From positions 38,496,001-38,560,000 of the forward strand of contig CP068257.2 of NCBI GenBank assembly GCA_009914755.4: 64,000 nucleotides of DNA, given 5' to 3'. Positions 59,292 through 64,000 of the stretch are shown here, piece by piece (position 1 is the stretch's first letter; every line of letters starts with the position of its first letter). The translations under genes were made by a program, and so were the position numbers. The notes under the pieces are model-generated. The model did no database searches. It was not told where the DNA came from and worked only from the letters and a program-made list of their open reading frames with translations. Source of the stretch: the human T2T-CHM13v2.0 reference genome, Homo sapiens.

Positions 59292-59382
59292 CTAGCCACA
59301 GAGTGCTGAAGCAATGTTAAAGAGGAAACAAAAGTGTGCAATTTAAAGCAACCTATTTCTGCTGAGTGTGCAATAAGTCAGT

Positions 59383-59469
59383 GGGCCAATGAGAGACAAT
59401 CCCAATTACAGGGGGCCAATGAGAGACAATCTCAATTACAGGGAGCCAATGAGAGACAATTCCAATTAC
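59383..59469. repeat. Tandem repeat, 3 copies of a 29-bp unit
   Basis: gggccaatgagagacaatcccaattacag, gggccaatgagagacaatctcaattacag, ggagccaatgagagacaattccaattaca. Confidence 0.8.
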
Positions 59470-62222
59470 ATCCCAGTTAGAGCTGATAGGCATGTGTTGG
59501 AAATGTGCTACCTACTAGGTACATGGTGTAGAACTAAGAGATGTAAAACATTTTGCCAACCAAGAGTTCAGAATGTAATCAGAGCTATGAGATACACACA
59601 CTGAAAGAAGGTTGCAATGCAAGGCAGCAGGAAAACAGGTGTCTTCTGAGAAGCAGAAGCAAATGACGACACAGAGATCAGAGGGAAAGAATCCTTTAGA
59701 TTAAAAAATGTTTTTGGATTGACAATTTTTAGATCACTGCAGAACTACAGAAAGCCAGTTCTGTGGACATTTGCAAAAGGTTGTATGGCACACGGGAGAT
59801 AAGAAAGCTGAAGTAGTGGATATGAACTCATTTTGGGGAGTTTGGAAGTAATGGGAAAAGTAAAGCTATCTTATAGATAAAGGGTAGATTTGGGGAAGCG
59901 CATGACTAAGGGAAAGCTCCCTTCCTTTTTTATAAAGGAAGAGGAAGTTCTGAGTAGTAGCATGATGTAGTTGCTAAGTTGATGGGCCATTTGAGTTTTT
60001 TCTGTCCAAGTTCACATTCTGGTTCTATCACTTGTTGGCTGTGTGCTTTTTCTGCGGGTTACTTAGCTTGTCTGTGACTCCATTTCTCTCTATATATAAT
60101 GGGCCAATGGAATTTGTATCATAGGGTTGTTATGAAAACAATGTGCTCAGTAAATATAAGAAATCATAATCATAATATAATTATCATTAAGTGTTTGTAA
60201 ATAGGGGGAAGCAAATGGGAGAAATTTAACAACAACAACAAAAGGTAAACTTGAAGGAATAATGAATGTCCTGGCAGAAACTGAAGAGGGCAGAAGATAC
60301 AGGCTATGGAGTGAGTGGGGCAAAGGAACAAATACCTCTGGGATGGGAGGAGGGCAGAGCGACGGGAGGCCTTAGGTAGGCTTACTGGTTGAGGGAAGCC
60401 AGGTGAGGGCAGACACAGGTAAACTTACTGGTTGAAAGAAGCGGGTTGAAACCTGATTGTTGCTTTTCTCAACAATATGACAATAAGCCAAGCAGGAAAT
60501 CAGAATGGGAACATGAAGGAGAGAGTTATGGGCTTTGGAACAAAACAAAGTCTTGGAAAATGGCTATGGTCTATAGAAAAGGGTGCACCCTGTGTCTTAG
60601 GGCACTAAGGCGCTCTATCAAGGTGCCCCTCCCCAGGAGTCAGTGCTCTAAGATGCAGGGATTGCTACTCCAAGAGGATAATGGGACTCCACAGCTCCGT
60701 CCTCGCACTGAGGACCAAGCAGGAAGCTGATTCCGCAGGTCAGGGCTGGCGGGACTGGGAGAGAATGATACTATAAGAATGCCAAGAAACGAAGCCGATT
60801 CTCCAGCATATGTGGTTTGTTATGGTTTAGAAATATGAGTTTGAAAGGAAATGGGGACATTGCGGCCTCGATTTTCCAGTTAAGATGTACTTATAATTAA
60901 AACAAAGGTGTTAAAAGACAAGAGCTGGAGAGAGAGGAGGTGGGGGTTAGGTCTCTGGGCTGTTTGTTCCCTGCACCCCTCATTCACACACTTGCTGATG
61001 CTGTCCCTGACATCTGATCCAAATGGCCCCTGTCCTATGCTTTCTCCACCATCGTCCTTATGGGGATCCCTATCTCTCACTCTGATACCCCACTCCCACC
61101 CCACTTCTATGCCTGGTGACAGTTTCTATTTAGTTCCTAAACATTAATTCTGGTCTCTATTGTACTCTTTTAAAAGGGACATGGCCCCAGAGCACAATTC
61201 ACACTGTTCACCCACCCTAGTAATTTTCTGCTCCCAGAAGGCACCTCGCCGTCCTCTCCACGCTTTCGTTCCGCGCACTCCCTATGCACCCTGTGTCCCA
61301 GCCATGTCCAAAACACACGGGACCCCTGGATAGAGCCGAGCCTTTTCCCTGGGGCTTTCTTCTCCCTCCATCAGGGTTTGCCGCCCATGCCTGTGAGCCT
61401 CCCGCTGCAGCTGACACCTGCCTAGGCCTGGGGACCTGTCCCTGTAGTGTGCATATATGTTTGCGTGTCTGTCTTTGCATGTCTCTGGTCACCCAGCAGA
61501 CTCTACATGGCACCAGGAACTAAGCCCAGAGTGAGTCCTTGCTTTGAATGGGTAAAGCAATTTGTAGATGCTGAAATGCTGAGCATGCATCCCTCTCCTC
61601 AGCAGGTCCAGGGACAGCTGGCAGTCTGGAGTGCTACAGCCTCTCAGATCTATTAGTTCCAAAAATGCAAAGGCTCTGCTAGAACTGAAGTTAAAGTCCA
61701 GAACAGGAGCCGAGGGAGAGAATGGCTTCCAGCTAATGGTGATGATTATTGTTGAGCCTCTGCACCCAATTTCTTGCACATGGGGTCAAGCTCTTAGGCA
61801 GGAAACTTTGGACCTCAAATTCAATAAAAACTCATGGAATGGATTTCCCTCACACACAGATAATTCTGTGCTCATTGAAAAGCACACGGTTTTCCATAAA
61901 AATCCTTGAAAAATGATTTTTGAGTCTGACAGCTATACTGAGGCTGGGTTACTTTAATTTAGTTACACTTAACTGAATTTGACAAGAAGCCAGTTTGTTA
62001 GGAATTGGAGGCAATGTCAGGAGCACTGTCTCATCCTGAATCCTCTGGGCTCCCTGGGGCATGGCCTTTGGTGTGGTCCTCTCAGGAAGATGGCACACAA
62101 GAGTTGCAACCTTGATTTTCCAGTTGAGATATATTCATAATTAAACCAAAGGTGCCAGCATAGTGTTTACAAGAATGTCCCCAATTCTATCAGATAGCAT
62201 ACATATCATAATGTAATCATGA

Positions 62223-62573
<351 letters not shown>

Positions 62574-63201
62574 TGAAGGTCCCCACTGAAGAGGAGAGGG
62601 GGTACAGTTCTTGTATCCAGGACAGACTTAACTGTTTTTAAGAATGTAACAGCTTTATTACTTAGCCTACCAATGCTGCCATGATTTGTCAGTAATGTAT
62701 TTATTGTTCTGCCTGTTCCCTGAAGTGAAAGCATTTGGATCCCTCCTCCTAAAAAAAAAAAAAAAGTGATGAAAACAGTCCAGACAAACCAAAATAATTT
62801 AATTTGTACAAACACACAATAGGGCTATGTCCAATATCATTAGGAAGGTTTTTTGTTTGCTTGTGTTTTACAAAGGGCACTAAATTTTCTACTATGTTTC
62901 TAAAACATTACTTTAAAAATTTTTTAAATTATAAAAAATTTCCCTTCTTTAAGAATTTTATTGCTTTCTGTATAACTCCTGAGCTGTAATTTTTTCATAG
63001 GTTATCATCTCATTGCCAATGATGCCTATAAAATTACAATCCAAAGCCGATTGAGTTTCCAATGCAAAATGTATTAAGGGTCAAAAATTAGGTATATCCA
63101 TTTATTTAACTAAATTTGAAAATTGTGTTGACATTGGAAATTTAAGAATTTACTTACATGGTTTCAAATGTAATATATAGAAAAAGCAGAATTGGCTTCC
63201 C

Positions 63202-63487
<286 letters not shown>

Positions 63488-64000
63488 CTAAGAAATCCAA
63501 AACTCTTCGATCTGTAAAGCAGTAATAAGCGAAGACTATCTTTATAATTTGTATTATGTTTGCAAAGGTAAAAGTCAGGACAATTCATTCTGTTTGGCTG
63601 AAAACACAGGGATGACAGGCACCTCCTGATTGCCAAACGCATGGATCTCCGCTTTGCTTCCCTGTCCTGATCCTTCCTGGCTACGCTGTCTCTGCTTCTG
63701 TCCCTCCCCAGCTGGACAACCTCCCACTGCCCAGCAGCTCCTGTGTCCCTCCCAGAGCTGAGACTCAAGCCTCGGTGCTCCATTCTGCTCCAAAATACTC
63801 TCCTCCCTGTCTCAATATCTTGGCTTTAGCCAGCATCTTGGGGCCTCATCATTAATTGATATGGGCTCAATCACCCCAGTGAGAACCAGTCCCACATTTT
63901 TGCCTCTGGTTCTGATTGGGAGATTTGCCTTCTATGTGCCAGGTCCTAAACTAGGCAAAGACTGGGATACAAAAGCAGAAAAAAATATATAAATTTTTAA

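Noticed and set aside
63880-63990. MIR-like fragment (ctatgtgccaggtcctaaactaggcaaag)
   Set aside because: The resemblance to the MIR core is short and weak, and it sits at the very end of the window, so it is not reported as a feature.

Overview
This window reads as primate (almost certainly human) nuclear DNA, AT-rich and dense in repeats. It lies inside large introns of a minus-strand gene. The only supportable protein-coding content is four short minus-strand exons at 35916-35676, 33889-33743, 25195-25040 and 15514-15381. They have canonical AG/GT boundaries and mutually consistent codon phases, and they encode fibronectin type III domains of a DSCAM-family neural cell-adhesion molecule. 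My best call is DSCAM; the paralog DSCAML1 cannot be excluded without a database search. The rest is interspersed repeats. A full-length but coding-dead L1PA element (616-6760) sits nested in the same orientation inside the 3' end of an older L1, flanked by an exact 14-bp target-site duplication. There are about 17 Alu copies, several AluY-like with intact target-site duplications and long pure A-tails. There are also MIR, L2 and ERVL-MaLR fragments, (CA)n, (GA)n, (GGAA)n and (TTCC)n microsatellites, and three larger tandem arrays. The first is a GT-rich degenerate array of about 1.4 kb split into two blocks at 29415-31228. The second is a CAC/CAT-rich minisatellite of about 1.4 kb with a 51-57-bp unit at 39785-41222. 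The third is a 40/80-bp higher-order tandem repeat at 21629-21910. The long six-frame ORFs in the track all fall in L1, Alu or these arrays and are artifacts. I see no rRNA, tRNA or CRISPR, no prokaryotic gene organisation and no candidate novel multi-gene system. The most interesting non-repeat signals are CpG-retaining, homeobox-motif-rich blocks around 56.6-58.0 kb that could be conserved enhancers, and a near-consensus CTCF motif at 35203-35218 next to one of the exons. All coordinates were worked out by hand and may be off by a few bases.
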